DNA of 64,000 bases from Eledone cirrhosa (Eukaryota). The notes beneath the pieces are model-generated. The model searched no databases, was not told the origin of the DNA, and saw only the letters and a program-made list of their open reading frames with translations. The first letter of the stretch is position 1, and every line of letters begins with the position of its first letter. A program made the position numbers and the translations under genes. The stretch is taken from NCBI GenBank assembly GCA_964016885.1, contig OZ024743.1, forward strand, positions 331,328,001 through 331,392,000, read 5' to 3'. This document shows positions 1 through 14,700 of the stretch, piece after piece.

Positions 1-3000
1 ATGATGGTGCTACTGTTGGGGGTAGTAGGCTGATGGTAAGGATCACTGCTGTTGGTGGTGATGGTGCTACTGTTGGGGGTAGTAGGGTGATGGTAAGGAT
101 CACTGCTGTTGGTGGTGATGGTGGTGCTACTGTTGGTGGTAGTAGGGTGATGGTAAGGATCACTGCTGTTGGTGATGGTGGTGCTACTGTTGGGGGTAGT
201 AAGGGGATGGTAAGGATCACTGCTGTTGGTGATGATGGTGCTACTGTTGGGGGTAGTAGGGTGATGGTAAGGATCACTGCTGTTGGTGGTGATGGTGGTG
301 CTACTGTTGGTGGTAGTAGGGTGATGGTAAGGATCACTGCTGTTGGTGATGGTGGTGCTACTGTTGGTGGTAGTAGGGTGATGGTAAGGATCACTGCTGT
401 TGGTGATGATGGTGCTACTGTTGGGGGTAGTAGGGTGATGGTAAGGATCACTGCTGGTGGTGATGATGGTGCTACTGTTGGGGGTAGTAGGGTGATGGTA
501 AGGATCACTGCTGTTGGTGATGATGGTGCTACTGTTGGGGGTAGTAAGGGGATGGTAAGGATCACTGCTGTTGGTGATGATGGTGCTACTGTTGGGGGTA
601 GTAGGGTGATGGTAAGGATCACTGCTGTTGGTGATGATGGTGCTACTGTTGGGGGTAGTAAGGGGATGGTAAGGATCACTGCTGTTGGTGATGATGGTGC
701 TACTGTTGAGGGTAGTAGGGTGATGGTAAGGATCACTGCTTGTGGTGATGCTGGTGCTACTGTTGGGGGTAGTAGGGTGATGGTAAGGATCACTGCTGTT
801 GGTGATGATGGTGCTACTGTTGGGGGTAGTAGGGTGATGGTAAGGATCACTGCTGTTGGTGATGATGGTGCTACTGTTGGGGGTAGTAGGGTGATGGTAA
901 GGATCACTGCTGTTGGTGATGGTGGTGCTACTGTTGGGGGTAGTAAGGGGATGGTAAGGATCACTGCTGTTGGTGATGATGGTGCTACTGTTGGGGGTAG
1001 TAAGGGGATGGTAAGGATCACTGCTGTTGGTGATGATGGTGCTACTGTTGAGGGTAGTAGGGGGATGGTAAGGATCACTGCTGTTGGTGGTGATGGTGCT
1101 ACTGTTGGTGGTAGTAGGGTGATGGAAAGGATCACTGCTGTTGGTGATGATGGTGCTACTGTTGGGGGTAGTAGGGTGATAGTAAGGATCACTGCTGTTG
1201 GTGGTGATGGTGCTACTGTTGGGGGTAGTAGGGTGATGGTAAGGATCACTGCTGTTGGTGGTGATGGTGCTACTGTTGGGGGTAGTAGCGTGATAGTAAG
1301 GATCACTGCTGGTGGTGATGATGGTGCTACTGTTGGGGGTAGTAGGGTGATGGTAAGGATCACTGCTGTTGGTGATGATGGTGCTACTGTTGGGGGTAGT
1401 AGTGTGATGGTAAGCATCACTGCTGGTGGTGATGATGGTGCTACTGTTGGGGGTAGTAGGGTGATGGTAAGGATCACTGCTGTTGGTGATGATGGTGCTA
1501 CTGTTGAGGGTAGTAGGATGATGGTAACGATCACTGCTGTTGGTGATGATGGTGCTACTGTTGGTGGTAGTAGGGTGATGGTAAGGATCACTGCTGTTGG
1601 TGATGATGGTGCTACTGTTGGGGGTAGTAAGGGGATGGTAAGGATCACTGCTGTTGGTGGTGATGGTGCTACTGTTGGGGGTAGTAGGGTGATGGTAAGG
1701 ATCACTGCTGTTGGTGATGATGGTGCTACTGTTGAGGGTAGTAGGGTGATGGTAAGGATCACTGCTGTTGGTGGTGATGGTGCTACTGTTGGGGGTAGTA
1801 GGGTGATGGTAAGGATCACTGCTGTTGGTGATGATGGTGCTACTGTTGGGGGTAGTAGGATGATGGTAAGGATCACTGCTGTTGGTGGTGATGGTGCTAC
1901 TGTTGGTGGTAGTAGGGTGATGGAAAGGATCACTGCTGTTGGTGATGATGGTGCTACTGTTGGGGGTAGTAGGGTGATAGTAAGGATCACTGCTGTTGGT
2001 GGTGATGGTGCTACTGTTGGGGGTAGTAGGGTGATGGTAAGGATCACTGCTGTTGGTGGTGATGGTGCTACTGTTGGGGGTAGTAGGGTGATAGTAAGGA
2101 TCACTGCTGGTGGTGATGATGGTGCTACTGTTGGGGGTAGTAGGGTGATGGTAAGGATCACTGCTGTTGGTGATGATGGTGCTACTGTTGGGGGTAGTAG
2201 GGTGATAGTAAGGATCACTGCTGTTGGTGATGATGGTGCTACTGTTGGGGGTAGTAGGGTGATGGTAAGGATCACTGCTGGTGGTGATGATGGTGCTACT
2301 GTTGGGGGTAGTAGGGTGATGGTAAGGATCACTGCTGTTGGTGATGATGGTGCTACTGTTGGGGGTAGTAAGGGGATGGTAAGGATCACTGCTGTTGGTG
2401 ATGATGGTGCTACTGTTGGGGGTAGTAGGGTGATGGTAAGGATCACTGCTGTTGGTGATGATGGTGCTACTGTTGGGGGTAGTAAGGGGATGGTAAGGAT
2501 CACTGCTGTTGGTGATGATGGTGCTACTGTTGAGGGTAGTAGGGGGATGGTAAGGATCACTGCTGTTGGTGGTGATGGTGCTACTGTTGGTGGTAGTAGG
2601 GTGATGGAAAGGATCACTGCTGTTGGTGATGATGGTGCTACTGTTGGGGGTAGTAGGGTGATAGTAAGGATCACTGCTGTTGGTGGTGATGGTGCTACTG
2701 TTGGGGGTAGTAGGGTGATGGTAAGGATCACTGCTGTTGGTGGTGATGGTGCTACTGTTGAGGGTAGTACAATGATGGTAACGATCACTGCTGTTGGTGA
2801 TGATGGTGCTACTGTTGGGGGTAGTAGGGTGATGGTAAGGATCACTGCTGGTGGTGATGATGGTGCTACTGTTGGTGGTAGTAGGGTGATGGTAAGGATC
2901 ACTGCTGTTGGTGGTGATGGTGCTACTGTTGGGGGTAGTAGGGTGATGGTGAGGATCACTGCTGTTGGTGGTGATGGTGCTACTGTTGGTGGTAGTAGGG

Positions 3001-3320
3001 TGATTGTGAGGATCACTGCTGTTGGTGATGATGGTGTTACTGTTGGTGGTAGTAGGGTGATGGTAAGGATCACTGCTGTTGGTGATGATGGTGCTACTGT
3101 TGGTGGTAGTAGGGTGATGGTAAGGATCACTGCTGTTGGTGATGATGGTGCTACTGTTGGTGGTAGTAGGGTGATGGTAAGGATCACTGCTGTTGGTGAT
3201 GATGGTGCTACTGTTGGTGGTAGTAGGGTGATCGTAAGGATCACTGCTGTTGGTGATGGTGGTGCTACTGTTGGGGGTAGTAGGGTGATGGTAAGGATCA
3301 CTGCTGTTGGTGATGATGGT
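1..3320. repeat. 57-bp tandem repeat, ~58 copies, truncated by window edge
   Basis: Unit ggtgctactgttgggggtagtagggtgatggtaaggatcactgctgttggtgatgat. The only length variants seen are +3 bp, so frame is kept. Confidence 0.97.
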
Positions 3321-3669
3321 GCAGTTGGTGTTAGTGTTGGTGGTTGTGTTGGTGCAGTTGGTGGTAGTGTTGGTGATAGTGTTGGTGGTAGTGTTGGTGC
3401 AGTTGGTGGTAGTGTTGGTGATAGTGTTGGTGCAGTTTGTGGTAGTGTTGGTGATGGTGTTGGTGCAGTTGGTGGTAGTGTTGGTGATAGTGTTAGTGCA
3501 GTTGGTGGTAGTGTTGGTGGTAGTGTTGGTGCAGTTCGTGGTAGTGTTGGTGATAGTGTTGGTGCAGTTGGTGATAGTGTTTGTGGTAGTAGTAGATGTA
3601 AAATTCCTGTAGTTTGGGGGTGAAATACCACCATTAGTAAGTTGGTATGCTGAGTTACCATCAGAATTC
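1..3669 (-). CDS. Putative large exon of a mucin-like, N-glycosylation-sequon-rich repeat protein (3' end outside window)
   Basis: Minus-strand acceptor tttcttcactctcAG (AG at 3671-3670). A stop-free frame follows: NSDGNSAYQLTNGGISPPNYRNFTSTTTT-(NTITNTTTNCT)n-(IITNSSDPYHHPTTPNSST)n. Substitutions in the 33-bp part are mostly synonymous Thr codons in this frame. A second minus frame (TITLLPPTVAPSSPTAVIL)n is also open. Confidence 0.5.
3318..3590. repeat. Degenerate ~33-bp tandem repeat
   Basis: ggtgcagttggtggtagtgttggtgatagtgtt-like units contiguous with the 57-bp array. Confidence 0.9.
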
Positions 3670-3869
3670 CTGAGAGTGAAGAAATCTTATTCCAGGATAT
3701 CAGACAAATAACAAGAGAGTCATGGTAACAATGAACACTTCTGTATCTATGTGTAGCTTTGCTGGTTTCTGTGTGTGTGTTGCTGGTTTCTATGTGTGTG
3801 TTGGTGGTTTCTGTGTGTGTGTGTTTGGTTGTGTTTGTATGTGTGTTTGCTTGTGTTTGTGTGTGAGTG

Positions 3870-4180
3870 TTGGGCTTGTGATCGAGAGTTTGTGAGTTTG
3901 ATTCTCTGACTGGGTGATGTGTTGTGTCCTTGAGCAAGACACTTTATGTAATGTTGCTCCAGATTACTCAGCTGTAGAAATAAGTTGTGACATCACTGGT
4001 GTCAAGCTGTATCAGTCTTTACCTTTCCCTTGGACAACATCAGTGGCATAGAGAGGAAGATTGCTATGCATGGGTGACTGCTGGTCTTCCACAGGCAACC
4101 TTGCCTAGATTTGTGCCTTGGAGGCGAACTTTCTAGGTGCAAATCCCATGGTCATTTGTGACCAAAAGGGGTCTTTACCT
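3870..4180 (+). mobile_element. tRNA-derived SINE with CORE-like central domain
   Basis: B-box-like gagtttgattc, then tgtgtccttgagcaagacacttt...ctcagctgtagaaat, shared with 38926-39190, 47686-47975 and 51400-51545. Confidence 0.7.
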
Positions 4181-4209
4181 TCTCCATATACATGTGTCTA
4201 TAGGCATGT

Positions 4210-4320
<111 letters not shown>

Positions 4321-4805
4321 CATATAGACATACATATATGCACATGTACGTTATTATATATATATATAGAGAGAGAGAGATAGATAGATAGATATAGATA
4401 TACATATATACATAAGCACATACTTGAGGGCAATAATTTTGGTTCTATTTCTAGCAAGGGAAGCAACCACATATAGGTTCCCTCATAATAATGAGGGAGG
4501 TAACAGTGATGTTGCTTATAAAAATAAAGTTGGAGGAGGAAGGTGAGGGGAGTAATAGTATCTGGCAAGGGTGGGGGTGAGGGCATAAAAGAATTCATTT
4601 AATTCTTAACATTCCTGCACCACTAAGCCACTGCCTATTGTAAATATAACCAAAGTGATGAGTTTATCTTCAGACGGACAACAACCACAAAGCATGAATT
4701 CTAATGACAGTTTGAAGCTAGACAGAAGCTAGATAGACAATGTCATCATAATTTGGGGGATATATGTTTGATAATGATTAAAGAAAATATATAAGAAAAT
4801 TATTG

Positions 4806-5125
4806 TACTCTAGGGCTTTCAAATAATCGTTCCCCTCTCCCCAGTTTAATAATTTTCCAGATTTTTTTCCAACTAAATTTTGCTAATCTATCTCTGACAG
4901 CAACATTTTATTTTAAGTGTTAGCATTCCTGTGAATGTTAATTTTCTTTGAACATTAGAAACATCATACATGATAAAAAAAAGTGCATTACTAGAAACAC
5001 CATATGTTATAAAATAAGTGGGATTACTTGGGGACTCAATATGTAAACTAAACGTCTAATTCTGGTTTTTAAAAATATCAATGGAGACAACCTAGAAAAA
5101 TTAACAACTTTTCACCCCACCCCCT
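4806..5125. mobile_element. Dispersed repeat (probable DNA-transposon remnant); inverted paralog at ~29750-30086
   Basis: Shared blocks such as atgtaaactaaa..ctaattctggttttt and ttttatttttaagtgt are reverse-complemented in the second copy. Confidence 0.5.
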
Positions 5126-5598
5126 GCTTATCCTGCCCCTTATTATTTGGGTTAGGGTTAGGGTTTCTAAATACCTTTCATAATGTTATGTAAAAACCTG
5201 TTATGTTCCAAATGGCAGTTAATAAACTAGTTAGTTATATTACTAAAGCCTTGCAAATTCTTGGTTATTTAAAACCCTGCACTAACCTAGGCACAGAGTC
5301 TGTCACCCTCTCTCCTTCCCCCTCTCTTTCTCTCCTTCCCTTCACATTTATAGCATTTATAGTCCTTTCCTCTACTTTACTATACAGCCAGATCTGTCCT
5401 TTACCCTTTTCCCTTGTTTTTTCATTACTTAATTTTGATTTTAGCTTTTTTTATTTTTTTTATATTTCCATCATTGTATAACTTTTGTCTGTAAAATATA
5501 GTTGATATAATATGTTTATGTATAACAAATAACAAAATATTTCCATCATTGTATAACTTCTGTAAAATATAGTTGACATAATATGTTTAATAGATTCC

Positions 5599-5798
5599 NN
5601 NNNNNNNNNNNNNNNNNNNNNNNNNNNNNNNNNNNNNNNNNNNNNNNNNNNNNNNNNNNNNNNNNNNNNNNNNNNNNNNNNNNNNNNNNNNNNNNNNNNN
5701 NNNNNNNNNNNNNNNNNNNNNNNNNNNNNNNNNNNNNNNNNNNNNNNNNNNNNNNNNNNNNNNNNNNNNNNNNNNNNNNNNNNNNNNNNNNNNNNNNN
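5599..5798. other. Assembly gap (200 N)
   Basis: N run abutting the 81-bp satellite. Confidence 1.
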
Positions 5799-8700
5799 AA
5801 CCAAGAACCACTACCAATAATGTGGGATGCCACATATTGTAACACATTCTCTACCACCAGCCTTGTTGCTTCTGTCACAAACCCAGGAACCACTACCAAT
5901 AATGTGGGATGCCACATATTGTAACACATTCTCTACCACCAGCCTTGTTGCTTCTGTCACAACCCAGGAACCACTACCAATAATGTGGGATGCCACATAT
6001 TGTAACACATTCTCTACCACCAGCCTTGTTGCTTCTGTCACAACCCAAGAACCACTACCAATAATGTGGGATGCCACATATTGTAACACATTCTCTACCA
6101 CCAGCCTTGTTGCTTCTGTCACAACCCAGGAACCACTACCAATAATGTGGGATGCCACATATTGTAACACATTCTCTACCACCAGCCTTGTTGCTTCTGT
6201 CACAACCCAAGAACCACTACCAATAATGTGGGATGCCACATATTGTAACACATTCTCTACCACCAGCCTTGTTGCTTCTGTCACAACCCAGGAACCACTA
6301 CCAATAATGTGGGATGCCACATATTGTAACACATTCTCTACCACCAGCCTTGTTGCTTCTGTCACAACCCAAGAACCACTACCAATAATGTGGGATGCCA
6401 CATATTGTAACACATTCTCTACCACCAGCCTTGTTGCTTCTGTCACAAACCCAGGAACCACTACCAATAATGTGGGATGCCACATATTGTAACACATTCT
6501 CTACCACCAGCCTTGTTGCTTCTGTCACAACCCAGGAACCACTACCAATAATGTGGGATGCCACATATTGTAACACATTCTCTACCACCAGCCTTGTTGC
6601 TTCTGTCACAACCCAAGAACCACTACCAATAATGTGGGATGCCACATATTGTAACACATTCTCTACCACCAGCCTTGTTGCTTCTGTCACAACCAAGAAC
6701 CACTACCAATAATGTGGGATGCCACATATTGTAACACATTCTCTACCACCAGCCTTGTTGCTTCTGTCACAACCCAAGAACCACTACAATAATGTGGGAT
6801 GCCACATATTGTAACACATTCTCTACCACCAGCCTTGTTGCTTCTGTCACAAACCAAGAACCACTACCAATAATGTGGGATGCCACATATTGTAACACAT
6901 TCTCTACCACCAGCCTTGTTGCTTCTGTCACAAACCCAAGAACCACTACCAATAATGTGGGATGCCACATATTGTAACACATTCTCTACCACCAGCCTTG
7001 TTGCTTCTGTCACAAACCCAAGAACCACTACCAATAATGTGGATGCCACATATTGTAACACATTCTCTACCACCAGCCTTGTTGCTTCTGTCACAAACCC
7101 AAGAACCACTACCAATAATGTGGGATGCCACATATTGTAACACATTCTCTACCACCAGCCTTGTTGCTTCTGTCACAAACCAAGAACCACTACAATAATG
7201 TGGGATGCCACATATTGTAACACATTCTCTACCACCAGCCTTGTTGCTTCTGTCACAACCCAAGAACCACTACCAATAATGTGGGATGCCACATATTGTA
7301 ACACATTCTCTACCACCAGCCTTGTTGCTTCTGTCACAAACCCAAGAACCACTACCAATAATGTGGGATGCCACATATTGTAACACATTCTCTACCACCA
7401 GCCTTGTTGCTTCTGTCACAAACCCAAGAACCACTACCAATAATGTGGGATGCCACATATTGTAACACATTCTCTACCACCAGCCTTGTTGCTTCTGTCA
7501 CAAACCCAAGAACCACTACCAATAATGTGGGATGCCACATATTGTAACACATTCTCTACCACCAGCCTTGTTGCTTCTGTCACAACCCAAGAACCACTAC
7601 CAATAATGTGGGATGCCACATATTGTAACACATTCTCTACCACCAGCCTTGTTGCTTCTGTCACAACCAGGAACCACTACCAATAATGTGGGATGCCACA
7701 TATTGTAACACATTCTCTACCACCAGCCTTGTTGCTTCTGTGACAACCCAGGAACCACTACCAATAATGTGGGATGCCACATATTGTAACACATTCTCTA
7801 CCACCAGCCTTGTTGCTTCTGTCACAAACCCAAGAACCACTACCAATAATGTGGGATGCCACATATTGTAACACATTCTCTACCACCAGCCTTGTTGCTT
7901 CTGTGACAACCCAGGAACCACTACCAATAATGTGGGATGCCACATATTGTAACACATTCTCTACCACCAGCCTTGTTGCTTCTGTAACAACCCAAGAACC
8001 ACTACCAATAATGTGGGATGCCACATATTGTAACACATTCTCTACCACCAGCCTTGTTGCTTCTGTGACAACCCAGGAACCACTACCAATAATGTGGGAT
8101 GCCACATATTGTAACACATTCTCTACCACCAGCCTTGTTGCTTCTGTCACAACCCAAGAACCACTACCAATAATGTGGGATGCCACATATTGTAACACAT
8201 TCTCTACCACCAGCCTTGTTGCTTCTGTCACAAACCCAGGAACCACTACCAATAATGGGGGATGCCACATATTGTAACACATTCTCTACCACCAGCCTTG
8301 TTGCTTCTGTGACAAACCAGGAACCACTACCAATAATGTGGGATGCCACATATTGTAACACATTCTCTACCACCAGCCTTGTTGCTTCTGTCACAACCCA
8401 AGAACCACTACCAATAATGTGGGATGCCACATATTGTAACACATTCTCTACCACCAGCCTTGTTGCTTCTGTCACAACCCAGGAACCACTACCAATAATG
8501 TGGGATGCCACATATTGTAACACATTCTCTACCACCAGCCTTGTTGCTTCTGTCACAACCCAGGAACCACTACCAATAATGTGGGATGCCACATATTGTA
8601 ACACATTCTCTACCACCAGCCTTGTTGCTTCTGTCACAACCCAAGAACCACTACCAATAATGTGGGATGCCACATATTGTAACACATTCTCTACCACCAG

Positions 8701-11700
8701 CCTTGTTGCTTCTGTCACAACCCAGGAACCACTACCAATAATGTGGGATGCCACATATTGTAACACATTCTCTACCACCAGCCTTGTTGCTTCTGTCACA
8801 ACCCAAGAACCACTACCAATAATGTGGGATGCCACATATTGTAACACATTCTCTACCACCAGCCTTGTTGCTTCTGTCACAAACCCAGGAACCACTACCA
8901 ATAATGTGGGATGCCACATATTGTAACACATTCTCTACCACCAGCCTTGTTGCTTCTGTCACAACCCAGGAACCACTACCAATAATGTGGATGCCACATA
9001 TTGTAACACATTCTCTACCACCAGCCTTGTTGCTTCTGTCACAACCCAAGAACCACTACCAATAATGTGGGATGCCACATATTGTAACACATTCTCTACC
9101 ACCAGCCTTGTTGCTTCTGTCACAACCCAAGAACCACTACCAATAATGTGGGATGCCACATATTGTAACACATTCTCTACCACCAGCCTTGTTGCTTCTG
9201 TCACAACCCAAGAACCACTTACCAATAATGTGGGATGCCACATATTGTAACACATTCTCTACCACCAGCCTTGTTGCTTCTGTCACAACCCAGGAACCAC
9301 TACCAATAATGTGGGATGCCACATATTGTAACACATTCTCTACCACCAGCCTTGTTGCTTCTGTCACAACCCAAGAACCACTACCAATAATGTGGGATGC
9401 CACATATTGTAACACATTCTCTACCACCAGCCTTGTTGCTTCTGTCACAACTCAGGAACCACTACCAATAATGTGGGATGCCACATATTGTAACACATTC
9501 TCTACCACCAGCCTTGTTGCTTCTGTCACAACCCAAGAACCACTACCAATAATGTGGGATGCCACATATTGTAACACATTCTCTACCACCAGCCTTGTTG
9601 CTTCTGTCACAAACCCAGGAACCACTACCAATAATGTGGGATGCCACATATTGTAACACATTCTCTACCACCAGCCTTGTTGCTTCTGTCACAACCCAAG
9701 AACCACTACCAATAATGTGGGATGCCACATATTGTAACACATTCTCTACCACCAGCCTTGTTGCTTCTGTCACAAACCCAGGAACCACTACCAATAATGT
9801 GGGATGCCACATATTGTAACACATTCTCTACCACCAGCCTTGTTGCTTCTGTCACAACCCAGGAACCACTACCAATAATGTGGGATGCCACATATTGTAA
9901 CACATTCTCTACCACCAGCCTTGTTGCTTCTGTCACAACCCAAGAACCACTACCAATAATGTGGATGCCACATATTGTAACACATTCTCTACCACCAGCC
10001 TTGTTGCTTTTGTCACAACCCAAGAACCACTACCAATAATGTGGGATGCCACATATTGTAACACATTCTCTACCACCAGCCTTGTTGCTTCTGTCACAAC
10101 CCAAGAACCACTACCAATAATGTGGGATGCCACATATTGTAACACATTCTCTACCACCAGCCTTGTTGTTTCTGTCACAACCCAAGAACCACTACCAATA
10201 ATGTGGGATGCCACATATTGTAACACATTCTCTACCACCAGCCTTGTTGCTTCTGTCACAACCCAAGAACCACTACCAATAATGTGGGATGCCACATATT
10301 GTAACACATTCTCTACCACCAGCCTTGTTGCTTCTGTCACAAACCCAGAACCACTACCAATAATGTGGGATGCCACATATTGTAACACATTCTCTACCAC
10401 CAGCCTTGTTGCTTCTGTCACAACCCAGGAACCACTACCAATAATGTGGGATGCCACATATTGTAACACATTCTCTACCACCAGCCTTGTTGCTTCTGTC
10501 ACAACCCAAGAACCACTACCAATAATGTGGGATGCCACATATTGTAACACATTCTCTACCACCAGCCTTGTTGCTTCTGTCACAACCAGGAACCACTACC
10601 AATAATGTGGGATGTCACATATTGTAACACATTCTCTACCACCAGCCTTGTTGCTTCTGTCACAACCCAAGAACCACTACCAATAATGTGGGATGCCACA
10701 TATTGTAACACATTCTCTACCACCAGCCTTGTTGCTTCTGTCACAACCCAGGAACCACTACCAATAATGTGGGATGCCACATATTGTAACACATTCTCTA
10801 CCACCAGCCTTGTTGCTTCTGTCACAACCCAAGAACCACTACCAATAATGTGGGATGCCACATATTGTAACACATTCTCTACCACCAGCCTTGTTGCTTC
10901 TGTCACAAACCCAGGAACCACTACCAATAATGTGGGATGCCACATATTGTAACACATTCTCTACACCAGCCTTGTTGCTTCTGTCACAACCCAGGAACCA
11001 CTACCAATAATGTGGGATGCCACATATTGTAACACATTCTCTCCCACCAGCCTTGTTGCTTCTGTCACAACCAGGAACCACTACCAATAATGTGGGATGC
11101 CACATATTGTAACACATTCTCTACCACCAGCCTTGTTGCTTCTGTCACAACCCAGGAACCACTACCAATAATGTGGGATGCCACATATTGTAACACATTC
11201 TCTCCCACCAGCCTTGTTGCTTCTGTCACAACCCAGGAACCACTAACAATAATGTAGGATGCTACATATTGTAACACATTCTCTACCACCAGCCTTGTTG
11301 CTTCTGTCACAACCCAGGAACCACTACCAATAATGTGGGATGTCACATATTGTAACACATTCTCTACCACCAGCCTTGTTGCTTCTGTCACAAACCCAGG
11401 AACCACTAACAATAATGTGGGATACCACATATTGTAACACATTCTCTACCACCAGCCTTGTTGCTTCTGTCACAACCCAGGAACCACTAACAATAATGTG
11501 GGATGCCACATATTGTAACACATTCTTTACCACCAGCCTTGTTGCTTCTGTCACAACCCAAGAACCACTACCAATAATGTGGGATGCCACATATTGTAAC
11601 ACATTCTCTACCACCAGCCTTGTTGCTTCTGTCACAACCCAGGAACCACTACCAATAATGTGGGATGCCACATATTGTAACACATTCTCTACCACCAGCC

Positions 11701-14700
11701 TTGTTGCTTCTGTCACAAACCCAGGAACCACTAACAATAATGTAGGATGCCACATATTGTAACACATTCTCTACCACCAGCCTTGTTGCTTGTCACAACC
11801 CAGGAACCACTACCAATAATGTGGGATGCCACATATTGTAACACATTCTCTCCCACCAGCCTTGTTGCTTCTGTCACAACCCAGGAACCACTACCAATAA
11901 TGTGGGATGCCACATATTGTAACACATTCTCTCCCACCAGCCTTGTTGCTTCTGTCACAAACCCAGGAACCACTACCAATAATGTAGGATGCCACATATT
12001 GTAACACATTCTCTACCACCAGCCTTGTTGCTTCTGTCACAACCCAGGAACCACTACCAATAATGTGGGATGCCACATATTGTAACACATTCTCTACCAC
12101 CAGCCTTGTTGCTTCTGTCACAACCCAAGAACCACTAACAATAATGTGGGATGCCACATATTGTAACACATTCTCTACCACCAGCCTTGTTGCTTCTGTC
12201 ACAAACCCAAGAACCACTACCAATAATGTGGGATGCCACATATTGTAACACATTCTCTACCACCAGCCTTGTTGCTTCTGTCACAACCCAAGAACCACTA
12301 ACAATAATGTGGGATGCCACATATTGTAACACATTCTCTCCCACCAGCCTTGTTGCTTCTGTCACAAACCCAAGAACCACTAACAATAATGTGGGATGCC
12401 ACATATTGTAACACATTCTCTCCCACCAGCCTTGTTGCTTCTGTCACAAACCCAGGAACCACTAACAATAATGTGGGATGCCACATATTGTAACACATTC
12501 TCTCCCACCAGCCTTGTTGCTTCTGTCACAACCCAGGAACCACTACCAATAATATGGGATGCCACATATTGTAACACATTCTCTCCCACCAGCCTTGTTG
12601 CTTCTGTCACAACCCAGGAACCACTACCAATAATGTGGGATGCCACATATTGTAACACATTCTCTACCACCAGCCTTGTTGCTTCTGTCACAACCCAGGA
12701 ACCACTACCAATAATGTGGGATGCCACATATTGTAACACATTCTCTCCCACCAGCCTTGTTGCTTCTGTGACAACCCAAGAACCACTACCAATAATGTGG
12801 GATGCCACATATTGTAACACATTCTCTACCACCAGCCTTGTTTCTTCTGTCACAACCCAGGAACCACTACCAATAATGTAGGATGCCACATATTGTAACA
12901 CATTCTCTACCACCAGCCTTGTTGCTTCTGTCACAACCCAGGAACCACTACCAATAATGTGGGATGCCACATATTGTAACACATTCTCTACCACCAGCCT
13001 TGTTGCTTCTGTCACAACCCAGGAACCACTACCAATAATGTGGGATGCCACATATTGTAACACATTCTCTACCACCAGCCTTGTTGCTTCTGTCACAACC
13101 CAGGAACCACTACCAATAATGTGGGATGCCACATATTGTAACACATTCTCTACCACCAGCCTTGTTGCTTCTGTCACAACCCAAGAACCACTACCAATAA
13201 TGTGGGATGCCACATATTGTAACACATTCTCTACCACCAGCCTTGTTGCTTCTGTCACAACCCAGGAACCACTACCAATAATGTGGGATGCCACATATTG
13301 TAACACATTCTCTACCACCAGCCTTGTTGCTTCTGTCACAACCCAGGAACCACTACCAATAATGTGGGATGCCACATATTGTAACACATTCTCTACCACC
13401 AGCCTTGTTGCTTCTGTCACAACCCAGGAACCACTACCAATAATGTGGGATGCCACATATTGTAACACATTCTCTACCACCAGCCTTGTTGCTTCTGTCA
13501 CAACCCAGGAACCACTACCAATAATGTGGGATGCCACATATTGTAACACATTCTCTCCCACCAGCCTTGTTGCTTCTGTCACAACCCAAGAACCACTACC
13601 AATAATGTGGGATGCCACATATTGTAACACATTCTCTCCCACCAGCCTTGTTGCTTCTGTCACAACCCAAGAACCACTACCAATAATGTGGGATGCCACA
13701 TATTGTAACACATTCTCTACCACCAGCCTTGTTGCTTCTGTCACAACCCAGGAACCACTACCAATAATGTGGGATGCCACATATTGTAACACATTCTCTC
13801 CCACCAGCCTCGTTGCTTCTGTGACAACCCAAGAACCACTACCAATAATGTGGGATGCCACATATTGTAACACATTCTCTACCACCAGCTTTGTTGCTTC
13901 TGTCACAACCCAGGAACCACTACCAATAATGTGGGATGCCACATATTGTAACACATTCTCTACCACCAGCTTTGTTGCTTCTGTCACAACCCAAGAACCA
14001 CTACCAATAATGTGGGATGCCACATATTGTAACACATTCTCTACCACCAGCCTTGTTGCTTCTGTCACAACCCAGGAACCACTACCAATAATGTGGGATG
14101 CCACATATTGTAACACATTCTCTACCACCAGCCTTGTTGCTTCTGTCACAACCCAGGAACCACTACCAATAATGTGGGATGCCACATATTGTAACACATT
14201 CTCTACCACCAGCCTTGTTGCTTCTGTCACAACCCAGGAACCACTACCAATAATGTGGGATGCCACATATTGTAACACATTCTCTACCACCAGCCTTGTT
14301 GCTTCTGTCACAACCCAAGAACCACTACCAATAATGTGGGATGCCACATATTGTAACACATTCTCTACCACCAGCCTTGTTGCTTCTGTCACAACCCAGG
14401 AACCACTACCAATAATGTAGGATGCCACATATTGTAACACATTCTCTACCACCAGCCTTGTTGCTTCTGTCACAACCCAGGAACCACTACCAATAATGTG
14501 GGATGCCACATATTGTAACACATTCTCTACCACCAGCCTTGTTGCTTCTGTCACAACCCAGGAACCACTACCAATAATGTGGGATGCCACATATTGTAAC
14601 ACATTCTCTACCACCAGCCTTGTTGCTTCTGTCACAACCCAGGAACCACTACCAATAATGTGGGATGCCACATATTGTAACACATTCTCTACCACCAGCC

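Noticed and set aside
33-3623. Plus-strand 1196-aa ORF (MVRITAVGDDGATVGGSRV)n
   Set aside because: Most likely the antisense shadow of the repeat. The splice signal and synonymous pattern favour the minus strand.
5148-5166. TTAGGG telomere-like repeats
   Set aside because: Only about two units.
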